A stretch of 64,000 bases of DNA from Eledone cirrhosa (lineage: Eukaryota): assembly GCA_964016885.1 (NCBI GenBank), contig OZ024746.1:78926001-78990000 (forward strand), given 5' to 3'. Shown piece after piece: positions 18,580 through 33,590 of the stretch. Within the stretch, counting starts at the first letter, position 1; every line of letters begins with the position of its first letter. The notes beneath the pieces are model-generated. The model saw only the letters and a list, made by a program, of their open reading frames with translations, did not search any database and was not told where the DNA came from. A program made the position numbers and the translations under genes.

Positions 18580-18677
18580 GTTATACTTTGGGAGGGTCAT
18601 GTTGCCAATAAGAAACACACGCACCAGGTGCGTGTGTTTCTTATTGGCAACATGACCCTCCCAAAGTATAACAATAT
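18575..18677. repeat. Perfect 103-bp palindrome (51-bp arms, 1-nt centre)
   Basis: atattgttatactttgggagggtcatgttgccaataagaaacacacgcacc-a-ggtgcgtg...caatat; single-arm relatives at ~25994-26043 and ~32625-32657. Confidence 0.9.
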
Positions 18678-18731
18678 CGGTTTCAACACACGATTTCAGA
18701 TAAAGAATCTTGCTAAACAAATTCAGAAACG

Positions 18732-18977
<246 letters not shown>

Positions 18978-19124
18978 TATTTTCCGTTGTGTTGTAATAT
19001 AAATATTACACACAGTAGATTATCAGCTCACGTAGAGTTTGCTCGACGGTTCCAGTTGTAGTTCCAAAAGTAATCCGGAGAAAAATAGAAAGATTTGAAT
19101 GGATACAGTTTAGTTGAAAGGAAT

Positions 19125-19241
19125 TTATTGACACGTGTTTCTATAACAGTTACATAACCTAAAACAGCTATCTACAAACTTTTAGTTATGCAGACATTCA
19201 ATATTTCAATGTTATTATTTACTGTCATTTCATCAGAATAA
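19125..19241 (-). ncRNA. Type I hammerhead with long stem II (sense to the Penelope ORF)
   Basis: Reverse complement of 21891-22007. Confidence 0.8.
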
Positions 19242-19827
19242 TATTACTGAGGACCTATTTAGTTTTTATAGAGAATATTAGGAGGGAGGGGTGAAGTTGT
19301 TAGAAGAATAGTTGAAGGAGTGGTTTTTCGATAGCAGTGAGAATTCTTGGTGGCAGTGAGTAATTAGATTCCCATCTGTTGTTTTGACATTTTTTATAGA
19401 ATATATTATTGGTTATTTTTCTAAATCTATAGAAGGATTAGAGATAGTGAAGATATGCGTGGTTGGTTTTGTGTTTGCACTTAATTAACATTCAGACTTA
19501 AATTTTTCTTTCAAGTGTACGTATCCTTTCACCCACGCATTCACACACAAATATATTTGCACACCTCTACAAAATACATATACACACAATTCACATATTC
19601 ATACTTACATATATATACACATGCATACACATATATATACACACATGTATTCATGTACATACATACGCGCTCATGTGTATACATTTTCATACTCAACTTA
19701 TCTTTATATACACACGTATAGACACACACATATATACATACATACTCTAGTCCATGTGTACACACATACACATACATACACATCCATATACACATATATA
19801 CATACACATATATACATACATATATAC

Positions 19828-19911
<84 letters not shown>

Positions 19912-20061
19912 GCATACATACACAAACATACATATACACACATATACATATATATATATATAAGCACTTTAATACATGAATACACTTACATCTAACTATA
20001 CACATCAAACATATATATATATTTACTTATTTATATACATTTTCACATATATATACATACT

Positions 20062-20119
20062 TATGGACGTTTTTAGACACATTCATTATCGCATATTTGT
20101 ACCTATTCTCATCAGCATA
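20062..20119 (-). ncRNA. Degenerate hammerhead (GAAA box reads AAAA)
   Basis: tatg-CTGATGA-gaatagg...tgtct-aAAAA-cg-TC|cata; mirror copy at 21043-21100 (+). Confidence 0.55.
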
Positions 20120-20231
20120 TCTTTTCATTATTAGTATGGTAATTTAAGGTTATTAATATATGTTGAGAAGAGATTGTTTTTATATTTTTCTAACTAGATT
20201 AAGGTTTATATAGTTGGGGGATGTCCCTCTT

Positions 20232-20690
20232 TTATGTAATATTCGGCTTGTAGTGGGAAAAAAGGGTTTTAGTTCTGTGACGGCAGAATAATGTTCGTTC
20301 AATTCTGTTATTCAGCAGTTTCTTCTTGTGTGTGATTATGTAATAAATCTCAAGATTACACAATTTGCAGAAATTTTGGCTCCTGGAAAAGCTTTGGGTT
20401 TTAGCTAATTTTTCCCATTTTAGGGTAAACTTTTGATCGCTATCCCTGAGCGTCCAAGCTTTTTCAGCTAGAGTTGTTACATTTCTTTGGCTCTGGTGTT
20501 TTATTGAGTAAGAATGCCTATACAATCGAGATTTAAACGATGTTGCCGTTGATCCCACGTAATACCACTCGTTGCCTCCGGATTTAATGGTACACTTATA
20601 AATAATATTTTTTTCCAGGCAGTTATTGCCGAGGGGGCAGTTGTCAGGATAGGTGCAGTTACAGTTGTGTACGTTGGGTTTTCTCTGGAG
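20232..20690 (-). pseudogene. Penelope-like GIY-YIG endonuclease C-terminal fragment
   Basis: NCNCTYPDNCPLGNNCLEKNIIYKC...YYVGSTATSFKSRLYRH...CKLCNLE...LLN...CRHR: CxCx5C, IIY/YVG, CxLC and CxH motifs. Confidence 0.9.
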
Positions 20691-21250
20691 TAGTATTGCG
20701 GACGAACTTAGGTGTGGTTTATTTATGTTCTGTAGTGTATTGTCTACTGTTTTTTAGCTAAAACCCAAAGCTTTTCCAGGAGCCAAAATTTCTGCAAATT
20801 GTGTAATCTTGAGATTTATTACATAATCACACACAAGAAGAAACTGCTGAATAACAGAATTGAACGAACATTATTCTGCCGTCACAGAACTAAAACCCTT
20901 TTTTCCCACTACAAGCCGAATATTACATAAAAGAGGGACATCCCCCAACTATATAAACCTTAATCTAGTTAGAAAAATATAAAAACAATCTCTTCTCAAC
21001 ATATATTAATAACCTTAAATTACCATACTAATAATGAAAAGATATGCTGATGAGAATAGGTACAAATATGCGATAATGAATGTGTCTAAAAACGTCCATA
21101 AGTATGTATATATATGTGAAAATGTATATAAATAAGTAAATATATATATATGTTTGATGTGTATAGTTAGATGTAAGTGTATTCATGTATTAAAGTGCTT
21201 ATATATATATATATGTATATGTGTGTATATGTATGTTTGTGTATGTATGC

Positions 21251-21304
<54 letters not shown>

Positions 21305-21890
21305 GTATATATGTATGTATATATGTGTATGTATATATGTGTATATGGATGTGTATGTATGTGTATGTGTGTACACATGGACTAGAGTATGTATGTATAT
21401 ATGTGTGTGTCTATACGTGTGTATATAAAGATAAGTTGAGTATGAAAATGTATACACATGAGCGCGTATGTATGTACATGAATACATGTGTGTATATATA
21501 TGTGTATGCATGTGTATATATATGTAAGTATGAATATGTGAATTGTGTGTATATGTATTTTGTAGAGGTGTGCAAATATATTTGTGTGTGAATGCGTGGG
21601 TGAAAGGATACGTACACTTGAAAGAAAAATTTAAGTCTGAATGTTAATTAAGTGCAAACACAAAACCAACCACGCATATCTTCACTATCTCTAATCCTTC
21701 TATAGATTTAGAAAAATAACCAATAATATATTCTATAAAAAATGTCAAAACAACAGATGGGAATCTAATTACTCACTGCCACCAAGAATTCTCACTGCTA
21801 TCGAAAAACCACTCCTTCAACTATTCTTCTAACAACTTCACCCCTCCCTCCTAATATTCTCTATAAAAACTAAATAGGTCCTCAGTAATA

Positions 21891-22007
21891 TTATTCTGAT
21901 GAAATGACAGTAAATAATAACATTGAAATATTGAATGTCTGCATAACTAAAAGTTTGTAGATAGCTGTTTTAGGTTATGTAACTGTTATAGAAACACGTG
22001 TCAATAA
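21891..22007 (+). ncRNA. Type I hammerhead with long stem II, intact core
   Basis: ttatt-CTGATGA-a-atgacagt...actgttat-a-GAAA-cacgtg-TC|aataa; palindromic stem III ACACGTGT; GUC site. Confidence 0.82.
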
Positions 22008-22044
22008 ATTCCTTTCAACTAAACTGTATCCATTCAAATCTTTC

Positions 22045-22119
<75 letters not shown>

Positions 22120-22146
22120 CTCCAACTGGGAATGATCGAAGCATAT

Positions 22147-22248
<102 letters not shown>

Positions 22249-22957
22249 AGGAAATGCGAAGTAGTTTCAGATGTGGAAGTCCTTTATTGATAAGGCTGTG
22301 ATATATATTTTAATGACGACAGTGGCCACGCGATTCTACGTACCCAGTGGCATGATCCCATCCTTTCGAGATCGATAAATAAAGCACCAGTCAGGTACTG
22401 GAGACATTTCTTCTGTCAGGTTTAGAATGTTCAAGATCCCGTCATATGTAACAACGGTAACCGCAAGACTCAGTCAAGAATTAAAACCCTATGGCTTAGC
22501 AATCTCATTACATCTGTCGGTTACCTTTCAGTAAGCTACTAGACAAAATGTTACTGAATGACACAGACAATTAGTACACTCACTCACACACACACACAAA
22601 CACACACATACATACGTCTAGGAATCTAGGTATGTGTTGTTTTTTTTTTGTGTTTGCGTGTTTCTGACCGTGTGTGTATGTGTGTGTTTGTGTGTGTATG
22701 TGTGTATCTCTGATTTAATGTGTGTGCGTGTGTATGTCTAAAAAAACCCACCAGAGAATCAAACACTGTTGTTTTTATTTTTCCCTTGTTATGTTTCCTT
22801 GAATTTACATCTAATTGCTAACTTCCTTTTAAAGGTTCAGGGAACGTACTGCATGCCCACTTCGTTAACAACGACGACAACAACAATAACAACTATATAG
22901 AATGAGAAAAATATTTTTTTTTTACCTCCTAGTTATTCTATATATATTATTTTGTCT

Positions 22958-23107
22958 TGGTAGAATCGTTAGAGCGCCGGACAAATACTTTCCAGTATCT
23001 GGTTCAGCTTTTTACCGCCTGTGTTCAAATGTCGCAGAGGTCAACCCTTTAATTGACTTTTCTTGGTTCCAAATTGCTGGTCTTGTGCCTATATTAAAAC
23101 CCATTAT
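22958..23107 (+). mobile_element. Degenerate tRNA-derived SINE
   Basis: A box tggtagaatcgttag, B box gttcaaatgtc, tail ttgctggtcttgtgccta shared with other copies. Confidence 0.65.
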
Positions 23108-23169
23108 TTTGACTACGTTTATTTATAGTTATAGAAACATACATAGATATATGTGAATATCTCTCTATC

Positions 23170-23980
23170 TATCTTAGAGGAAGATGAACTGGCCAGTCTG
23201 TTCGGTAGGACCTTCCGCCCGGTACCGATGGACAACTTCCAAAAGTCCCTGGCCTGGCAGTGCTACCGAGGATCTCTACCAGTTCGAGACAAGCTCTACA
23301 GACATGGGCGCCCGGGCAGGGACCCTGCAAAAAAGATCTGTCCGCGGTGCGTGCGAGACGAAGAAACCGTCGCGCACGCATTCATACAGTGCCCGGGCGT
23401 CACTGACTTGTAGGGCTATGTAGAACGACTATTGTCGCGGGTGGGACCAATCCAGTTGACCACCGAGTCCATTGTCATGATCAAACCGCCACCCTCCTTC
23501 AAAAACGAAGGAGAGGCGGTTTTCCTTTGTGTGATAGCTATGGCGAAAGAGGTTGTATGGTGGACAAGGTTGAAAGGGCTGAGGTCAGACACCTTTCTCT
23601 CCGGCCAACAATTGATTCTTTTTTTCAAATACCACTTTGGAAGAAGAATCAGGATGCAGAGAGAGGTGCTGTACCCCAGAAAGTTTTATGAAAGGTGGGT
23701 GAAAATGGCGAGAATGGGCCTCCTCTCTATATCAGCCTGTAGGTTGAGGAAAAAGAGCAGGAGAGGAAAGGAGTACAAACTCTTCGTACTCCTGGAGATG
23801 AGGGTTGCACATTTTTTCGGGGGTATGTGTTACCCATATGAACTGTCTCCCCCTATTGGGGAAAATCGGCTAATTTTTTAAATTGCATTTGTGATAACAT
23901 TTTACACGTTTTTATTGTATGTAAACTTCCCCCTTTGTATTTGTCCCCTTCTTTTGTGCCCCTGTGGCTAATAAAGAAAC
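23170..23980 (+). mobile_element. L1/Tx1-clade LINE 3' fragment (ORF2 zinc-knuckle region and 3' UTR)
   Basis: FQKSLAWQCYRGSLPVRDKL...CPRCVRDEETVAHAFIQCP (zf-RVT-like CxxC..H..C); in-frame TAG 23411-23413; AATAAA near 23970. Confidence 0.85.
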
Positions 23981-24700
23981 ATATCTATCTAGTTAACTAG
24001 CTAGCTAACTATAAATGTTAAAGTAGGTATTTTAAATACAATTGTGCTTAAAAATTCAAACATTAACTGAAAAAGCACTCAATACATATAAGCATTGTGT
24101 AAACTTTGGCACTAAAGCTGAAACTTGAAAACCACTGCCACTAGGTAGTTATAGAAAGATTTACATACATATATGCATGTATTTATCCCTATAATTATTA
24201 TAACAGCTTATTTCTGAAAAGTACATTCCTAATATTGATTTCAATGGTGCGAGAACTCATGTACAGTAAATATGTGTTCTGGTTACATCGACTGTTTCCG
24301 TAAACCGCTTGGCGTCTCTGCCGGGGATATACGGAACAGTCGGCGTAACACACTTATACGTCATTTTTTGCAGTATAACTGAGGATATTGTGGTGTGTTC
24401 ATACATCTCCCTATGAGAGTATAACTGTTAAAAGCATTAATGCGTTTAGAGAAGATCTACTGTATAATATAATATGTACGTATTTCAATGTCTAGCTTAA
24501 TTTTATATTTGAGAGCCTCTTCATGTTTACTCTATTTAAAACAGCATTAAATTATTGCTCTCAGACTGATTATTTCAGATTTTATTAATATCTCATTGGA
24601 ATCACTTTCCATAAATAAATAGTGTTATATTTACGAAATACTTATGCTCATAATTACTCAAAAATGTACTCACACACATTGATATACACACACACACGCG

Positions 24701-24780
<80 letters not shown>

Positions 24781-24814
24781 CTTTTTCTTCGGACATACTT
24801 AACATATATATATA

Positions 24815-24848
<34 letters not shown>

Positions 24849-25018
24849 GGAAAATGTTTGACCCCAACGGCAGAGCTCAAGCCATTTCGATGGTTATTTC
24901 TGGAGTCCAAAAATAGCCATCGGGTTCAAACATTTTCCTATTACCCACTCTACTACCCTAAGTATTGAGTACTCTGGTGCGTTATGGCCCATCTGGTTCC
25001 TCACCACACCTCCTTCGT

Positions 25019-25020
<2 letters not shown>
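24849..25020 (+). mobile_element. Penelope pLTR fragment with fold-back 5' part
   Basis: Shares cctattacccactctactaccctaagtattgagtact...ccttcgtta with 33589-33800, 37071-37207 and 55715-55832; 24849-24938 is an imperfect palindrome. Confidence 0.75.
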
Positions 25021-25049
<29 letters not shown>

Positions 25050-25089
25050 GTTTAAGTTTGTTGAATCCCAACAAATTAAATATAACCTC

Positions 25090-25228
<139 letters not shown>

Positions 25229-25641
25229 AAATTGGAAATAGCACGGAAAAAAAAAATTAAAAGTAAAATATATATGCGTATATATATAGAGAGAAAGAGC
25301 AATATATCGTTTGAGAAACATATTTTGTACGTATATATAAGACACATAGTATTTAGAAAAATGCATACTTTAAGGCGGAAAAGGTCTTATTTACCGTAGA
25401 GTACCATTTCATAGTTCGTAAACCGATCTAAGTGAACGATTTATTGATTACCAACTATTGATTATGGTAAAGCTACGGGAGACGCGAAACTAATCATCAG
25501 AGGAATCGTATTAGGATAAGTTGCAATAGAGTACATATCTTTTAATTTGAATTATTGATGCTCCGGGCAAATGTCCATTGAGCTTTTCTTCTGAGAAACA
25601 TAATCATTGTACCTCATTATATAAATGTTATCATACCTTAA

Positions 25642-25747
<106 letters not shown>

Positions 25748-25887
25748 AAAAAAAGATGAAATAGAAAATAAAACCGGAGTCTTATTTTTTTTAAATATAT
25801 ATTTATTTGGTTCCTTTACCGGTTTCGCAGTTCTTCTGCTTTTTAAAAGTAGAATTGAGATGGAGGGTTTGTGGTTTTTCTCATATG

Positions 25888-25952
<65 letters not shown>

Positions 25953-26496
25953 TATCTAGCTGTGTCTCTCTTTTAGTATATATATACGAAAACTATTGTT
26001 ATACTTTGGGAGGGTCATGCTGCCAAGAAAATCACACGCACTGGTTTTCACTTTAATTCATTATAAATTTCCGGTTCGTTGGTTCGATAACTGGATGGTT
26101 GTTTATGTATTGTCAAAGCTCTTTCACATTCCGTGACCTCCTCAGTGACTAGGTTTTTATTTTGTGTCTCTCCTTTGTTCTGCCCTTCACCATCTTGTTT
26201 TTGTGTGTTGTGTGTTATGTGCTTAGTTTGCGCATTGTTGTGTGTGTGTTTTTATTTATATATTTATGTGTTTATTTACTTGTCACAAGTTGGCTGTTTG
26301 TTCTATCTGTGTGTGTCTGATTTGTTTTGTTAGTTTGGTTTTTGTGTGTGTCTGTATGTTTTCATTTTATCCTTAATTACTAGTTATGATGTTGCTATTC
26401 CACTCATATTTTCTGTTTATTAATCTCAAACTTTGTTATACACACGCACACACACACACAAATATATATGTGTGTGTGTATATATATATATATATA

Positions 26497-26539
<43 letters not shown>

Positions 26540-26949
26540 CCCATTATGGACGTGTGTTTAAGCACACATAGACTCAAACCTTGTGTATATATACATATTC
26601 TGTGCACATACGTATGTATGTCTGTATGTATGCATGTATGTATGTATGGGCAAAAAATAAAGGAAGAAAAACCGAAACAAAATGATAATATTCGTGACTT
26701 TTGGAGGACTACTTCCTACAAATATCCCCTGGATTATGCGAGGTTGTGAGTTACCTTTGATCTGGTGCCACCCTGCCGGGTCAAATTGAATTAGTCCTGG
26801 TGCGTTGGCCATCTCACTGGAGCGAATCGTAAGTAGTATTTACATCACACACACGTGCTCACACGCATACATATATACACCTCACATACATACGCACACT
26901 ACACGTACACACCCACTCATATACACAAAAGCAGACAAACAGAGATGCA

Positions 26950-26987
<38 letters not shown>

Positions 26988-27417
26988 CACTCTCACACAC
27001 ACATACACACGCATACACACACACACGTACACACAAACATACACGTGCACACATACACACACACACAGATACACACACGCATAACACGCACACACACACA
27101 TAACACTCGCACACACACGCACATACACACGCACACACACACACACACACACACACTCATACAAACGCACTCACACACGCACACTTACACACACACACGC
27201 ACATACACGTGCACACATACGCACACACGTGCACACATACACACGCACACACACGTTCACACATACACACGCACACATACATCCACACATACACGTACAC
27301 ACATACACACCGACACACACATATGCAGTCGGTGACACACACACACATACACTCGATTACACGCACACCTACATATACAGTCGGTGACACTCACACACAA
27401 TCACATACACAGTCGGT

Positions 27418-27508
<91 letters not shown>

Positions 27509-27677
27509 GCACACACACACGCACGCACACACACACACACACACACACAGAGTCAGTGACACATATCCCTGTCTGAATGTTTTGTTTTATTTCATAACCC
27601 GGTGGTTCCAGTGGATCGTGTTTCTTCTACAGTTTCATAAATCATTTATCAATGGATTCCCTTCTACCATTATGATG

Positions 27678-27975
27678 ACACGTGGCTTAGTGGTTAGAGT
27701 CTTTGTCTCATTCTCGTAATGTCGTGATTTTCCTTTCCGGCGACACGTTGTATCATTGAGCAAGACATTTTATTTCACGTTGCTGCAGTCCACTTATCTG
27801 CAAAAATTGAGTTGAACCTGTAATTCAAAAGGCCTCTGTGTCACATAGAATGTTCCCAAGAATATCTTGAGGGTACACGTGTCTGTGAAATGCTTAGCCA
27901 CGTGTGAGTTAATTTCAGGAGCTTGCCGTTACATTATTCAAGTAAACTGGAACACTCATCGTCGGAACCGTGGAG
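27678..27975 (+). mobile_element. tRNA-derived CORE-type SINE (degenerate)
   Basis: ggcttagtggttagag head; gagcaagacattttatttcacgttgctgcagtccac core; reverse relative at ~54060-54400. Confidence 0.7.
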
Positions 27976-28398
27976 GCCCAATACACGCCCTTACTACGTT
28001 GCACACCTCCCTTATACTCTCTAATACGCAGTCTTCTATGAATAAATATCTACTAAAGCCTCCTTCAAATTACACTCTATCTATCTGATGATGGATCCTC
28101 CTTCTACGTCAAATCTACCTCTTATATTTCCGGAAGTCGATACTAGTGGTGAGCATTGATATGAACGAATAAACACTTCCACAAGATTCGTGACCCTGAT
28201 CCAATGTAAGGAATCGTTATTTAGTTATGTCCCTTTACATTCTGAGTTCAAATCCGTAGATCAATAATATGAAGGTCAAGAAGTAGGATCGATATAATCG
28301 AATGTTTTCTTCTAAAATGTCTAACCTTGTGCTAAAAGTGAATTAGGTATAAGACCGTCTAACGTCTCCGGATGACACTAACTAAAAGACTGACGAAG

Positions 28399-28946
28399 GC
28401 TCAGCTAAGGTGACATTAACTAACACACTGCTGACTGCAGAGGGCTAGAGGTGTCTTTTCGCTGCTCAGCTAAGGTGACACCTGCTCTCAGATTGCTGAG
28501 GGCCAGAGGTGTGTTTTCACTGCTCAGCTAAGGCAACACAGACTAACAAACAGCTGAGGGCCAGAGGTGTGTTTTCACTGCTCAACTAACGTGACACTGG
28601 CTAACAGATTGTTGAGGGCCAGTGGTGTGTTTTCACTGCTCGGCTAAGGTGACATTGGCTAACAGACTTCTGAATGCTGAGGGTCAATGGTGTGTTTTCA
28701 TTGCTCAGCTAAGGCAACACAGACTAAGAAATTGATCACTGCTGAGAGCTAAAGGCGTGTTTTCACTGCTTAGTTAAAGTGACACTGACTAACAGACTGC
28801 TGAGGGCCAGAGGTATATTTTCAAAGCCCAACTAGGATAACACTGTCTAACAGGCAGCTAAGAGCCAGCGATGGTTTTACTACTCAGCTAAGCTGACACT
28901 GGCTAACAGGCAACTAAGAGCCAGAGATGTGTTTTCACTGCTCAGC
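28399..28946. repeat. ~58-bp minisatellite, about 9 copies
   Basis: Unit gctcagctaaggtgacactgactaacagactgctgagggccagaggtgtgttttcact. Confidence 0.9.
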
Positions 28947-29295
28947 AAAGGCGCGTTCCATTTTCGTTTCAATATTTGACTGCGGTTATGAAATCAGATT
29001 TTCGTGACATTTTCAACTATTTTTATTTGAATTTTAACCAGTCAGAACAGCCCATCGGGCATTGCTCAAACGACCTTAGCCCAGTGTGTATGTTAAACAG
29101 CAATATTAATGGCTACCTCACCATTTACATTGAAACTATATTTATGGTTGATGACGCTGGTTGTCTAATTCACCTTACAGCTTGTGGTCTTTTATTGCTG
29201 CTACGACTGTTGTTAGTTATAAGTATTTACACTTGTGACTAATATATACGATTTTTGCTCAATTTATATATATAAGTACATGCACACATATATGC

Positions 29296-29359
<64 letters not shown>

Positions 29360-29390
29360 TATGTATACATACATACACTCACATACATAC

Positions 29391-29423
<33 letters not shown>

Positions 29424-29437
29424 CACAGACACAATTA

Positions 29438-29471
<34 letters not shown>

Positions 29472-29473
29472 AC

Positions 29474-29504
<31 letters not shown>

Positions 29505-29614
29505 GTATATGTATATATATATATGTATGTATATATGTATGTATATATATATATGTATATATATATGTATGTATATATATGCATGTATATATATATGCAT
29601 GTATATATATATGC

Positions 29615-29657
<43 letters not shown>

Positions 29658-29671
29658 CATATATATTTATA

Positions 29672-29711
<40 letters not shown>

Positions 29712-29713
29712 CA

Positions 29714-29803
<90 letters not shown>

Positions 29804-30164
29804 AATATATATACACCGGACCTGAACGAAAATATACTTCCTGTCAGTTTGACAGAGCACTTCGCCTATATTTCCTATATTTACACATCAGTGGCCTTAG
29901 CACGCCCTCTTTTCCTACATCTTCACTAGCCAGTCCTTATTAAACCAGTCACATGTTTGACTACATGATCAATGAAGCGTTCCTGTCATTAATAGCCTCC
30001 TATCTACACCGCAACTCCTTATATCTCCCATCTAGGTTTGATCACTTGACCAGCTTCGGCAACACAATGTTTCTCTTGATTAAACAAGCATAATACACCC
30101 ACCCTCAAACAAACACACTCATGTAAATATATATAAATATATATATGTATACATACACACGTAC

Positions 30165-30235
<71 letters not shown>

Positions 30236-30593
30236 ACATATATTATATATATAATATATACATACATATACATATATTATATATATATTATATATACATA
30301 CACACACATATATATATATATGCATACATACATATATATATATATATGCATACATATATATGCATATATATGTATACATATATATGCATACATATATATA
30401 TATGCATACATATATATATATATCTATGCATACATACATACATATATATATATGCATACATACATACATATATATATATGCATACATATATATATATCTA
30501 TGCATCTATATATATATATCTATGCATACATACATACATATATCTATGCATACATACATACATATATCTATGCATGCATACATATATCTATGC

Positions 30594-30654
<61 letters not shown>

Positions 30655-30794
30655 CATATATATATGCATACATACACACGTACATATACATATATACACA
30701 TATATATGAACACATGGTCGTACAAATACATACATATATTATATATATAATATATACATACACACATATATATGTATATATATATGCATACTTA

Positions 30795-30857
<63 letters not shown>

Positions 30858-30859
<2 letters not shown>

Positions 30860-31464
30860 TGGCTGCCAACTCGTTTTCGAGTACGGCCACTACCTTACAT
30901 CCATGTAGGAGAACCCCCACCGATGCGCTGACGAATGTGACTTTTTAGTCCAGCCAACGACTTGAAAACTCTGATACAAACACTACACTTGTGACAATTA
31001 TTGACACATAGTGCTGGGGCCATGGTACCATGTGATGACAAGTGCAGAAAGATCTCCAGATATAAAACAATGCCTGTGCCATGAAGCCTTTATAGTGAGC
31101 AAAGGCACTGCACAAAGCCAGTCCCACTCTCTTAACCAAGATGATATTTACCAAAAAGAAGAACAAGTCAACATCATTGGATACCATCAGGGTTGCAGGT
31201 GTTATATCAGAGTTTTCCTTCTCCTAGAATTCTACCTTGACAAAGGCTAAGGGGTCATCTCTCCCGGTGATTTTGGATGGCCATTGACTCTGAAGAGCTC
31301 CTTTGCCTTTTGACAGGTTTTGTTTTTAGTCCTGCAGGATGTCCAAAGTCACCCTCCTCACCAAGAAACCTTGGTGGGGTTACCAGTTTAGTCGCCAACG
31401 ACCCGACCATGAGACAGGTTGTACTGGGATACATGTTACCAGTAGCACCAACTGGTGACCTGAC
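30858..31464 (-). mobile_element. ~600-bp RTE-derived non-autonomous element (copy 2)
   Basis: Colinear with copies 1 and 3; flanked by (TA)n. Confidence 0.6.
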
Positions 31465-31794
31465 ATATATATATATACATATGCATACATAGATACATAC
31501 ACACACACATACACGTGCACACACACAGTCAGACAGACAGACACACACACACAGACACAAACACACACACACACACACACACACATACACACACACACGC
31601 ACGCACACATATATATATATATATATATTTCATGGTCTAGTCGAAGTTACTAATAGTTTCATAGGCAAATAGGATGTGGCGTACACATGCAAACATACGT
31701 ACAGGATTGGGTACTGCGAAACGCTTGAAGACAATTCCGTTCCTTCCTCTGCTCATTCTCTATATTTCTATTTCGTCTTTTAATTCTCATTCTA

Positions 31795-31830
31795 TCTTCT
31801 GATGAAGGACTGGTGTCCGAAACGTTAAAA
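31795..31830 (+). ncRNA. Minimal type I hammerhead
   Basis: tctt-CTGATGA-aggac-tggt-gtcc-GAAA-cg-TT|aaaa; one stem I mismatch. Confidence 0.7.
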
Positions 31831-31928
31831 CACTTTTCATACTATATCAAATGTTAAACTAATATATTTATTCATTGTGCTGCATTGTCTGTTTTGTTGT
31901 TTCGGTGTACTTTTCGCTTACATACATG

Positions 31929-32084
<156 letters not shown>

Positions 32085-32436
32085 CGTGTGCGTGTGTGTG
32101 TGTGTGCGTGTGTGCGCGTGTGTGCGCGTGTGTGTGTGTTTTATGATATAGGATATTTTATTCAAGCTACTGAATACATTTTTTCGTTTTATTATGGTTC
32201 ACTAGATTTGTCATCACAAAGCAATGACTAATTATATTTAACATAAGAGGTGGGCTGGTGCTGGCTGGTATATATTTATATATGCATGCATACACAAACA
32301 CACATATACACACATACACAATCAGGCACACTCATACACGCAGCTGTAGACACACACAAACACGTATACACACACTCATAAATATATATACATATATATA
32401 GGCTTCCTCAATTATTCTATTTATATATATATACAA

Positions 32437-32471
<35 letters not shown>

Positions 32472-32995
32472 GTAATTATATATGTATATATATATATGTG
32501 TATATATATATATATATTATATATGTGTACACACACACACATATATATGCACACACACGCACATACAGACACACACATATATATATTTTATCTAATTCGT
32601 TTTCTTAGAAAGTAGCTCAATATTTTATTGGCAGCATAACCTTTCCAAAGAATAACATTATTTTTATTTTCTATATGCGGGGGCCTTCATACACATAAGG
32701 TCTTTAAGTGAGTGCAAATGGAAATTTATGAGGTTGCTATCCCTTCCAGTGGGTATTAGCAACAAGAACGAGCCGACGAGGGAGCTTCTACATGCTTTTT
32801 CTACACGCTTGAAATAACAACTTTAAATAACCCTTATCATCTTAAGAATGTAAGGAAAGATCACAGATAATTTAATCCTTATTTCCACTACTACATGAAG
32901 CGTTATACTAATATATTTTTTTCATTGTACTGTATTGTTTGCGTTGTAGTTTCCCTTCCCACCCGTCCCCTCTATCTATTTTATTTCTCATTCTT

Positions 32996-33031
32996 TCTTC
33001 TGATGAAGGACTAGAGTCCGAAACGTTAAGA
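32996..33031 (+). ncRNA. Minimal type I hammerhead
   Basis: tctt-CTGATGA-aggac-taga-gtcc-GAAA-cg-TT|aaga; loopless palindromic stem III; same family as 31795 with a different stem II loop. Confidence 0.8.
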
Positions 33032-33211
33032 CCCTCTTCCTGCTATATCAAGCGTTAACCTAATATATACCTTCCATACACTGTACCGATTGTGTTGATA
33101 TTTCTGTTTACCTTTTACATACACACAACACACACATATATATATATATATATATAAACCTTTGTTTGTACTGCCTCTCTGTTTTGTTCCCGTTCCATTT
33201 TTCACTATATA

Positions 33212-33271
<60 letters not shown>

Positions 33272-33537
33272 AAGACGTACACACACTCGTGTGAATCTAT
33301 GTATGTGTATGTAGGTATATATATATATATATGTGTGTGCGTGTGTGTCTTTTGTGCATGTAATATATATATTTATTTATGTAAATACGTATAAATATAC
33401 AAGCGTTTAACTAAATATATATATATTTTTAATTTATTTATTTATATATATATCTCAACCACCTGTGACACCGCCCCCAATACATTCCATTCTTTATATA
33501 CTAAACAAGACATACATACATATGCTTGCGTGTGAGG

Positions 33538-33588
<51 letters not shown>

Positions 33589-33590
<2 letters not shown>

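Larger units (their letters stand above)
19085..22047 (-). mobile_element. 5'-truncated Penelope-like (Naiad-type) element with ~1.3-kb inverted duplication
   Basis: Arms 19085-20408 and 20754-22047 essentially identical apart from TA tract length; 345-bp spacer encodes GIY-YIG; two hammerheads per arm. Confidence 0.9.

Noticed and set aside
28399-28946. CRISPR-like array
   Set aside because: Whole unit repeats with no unique spacers, no cas genes, eukaryotic context
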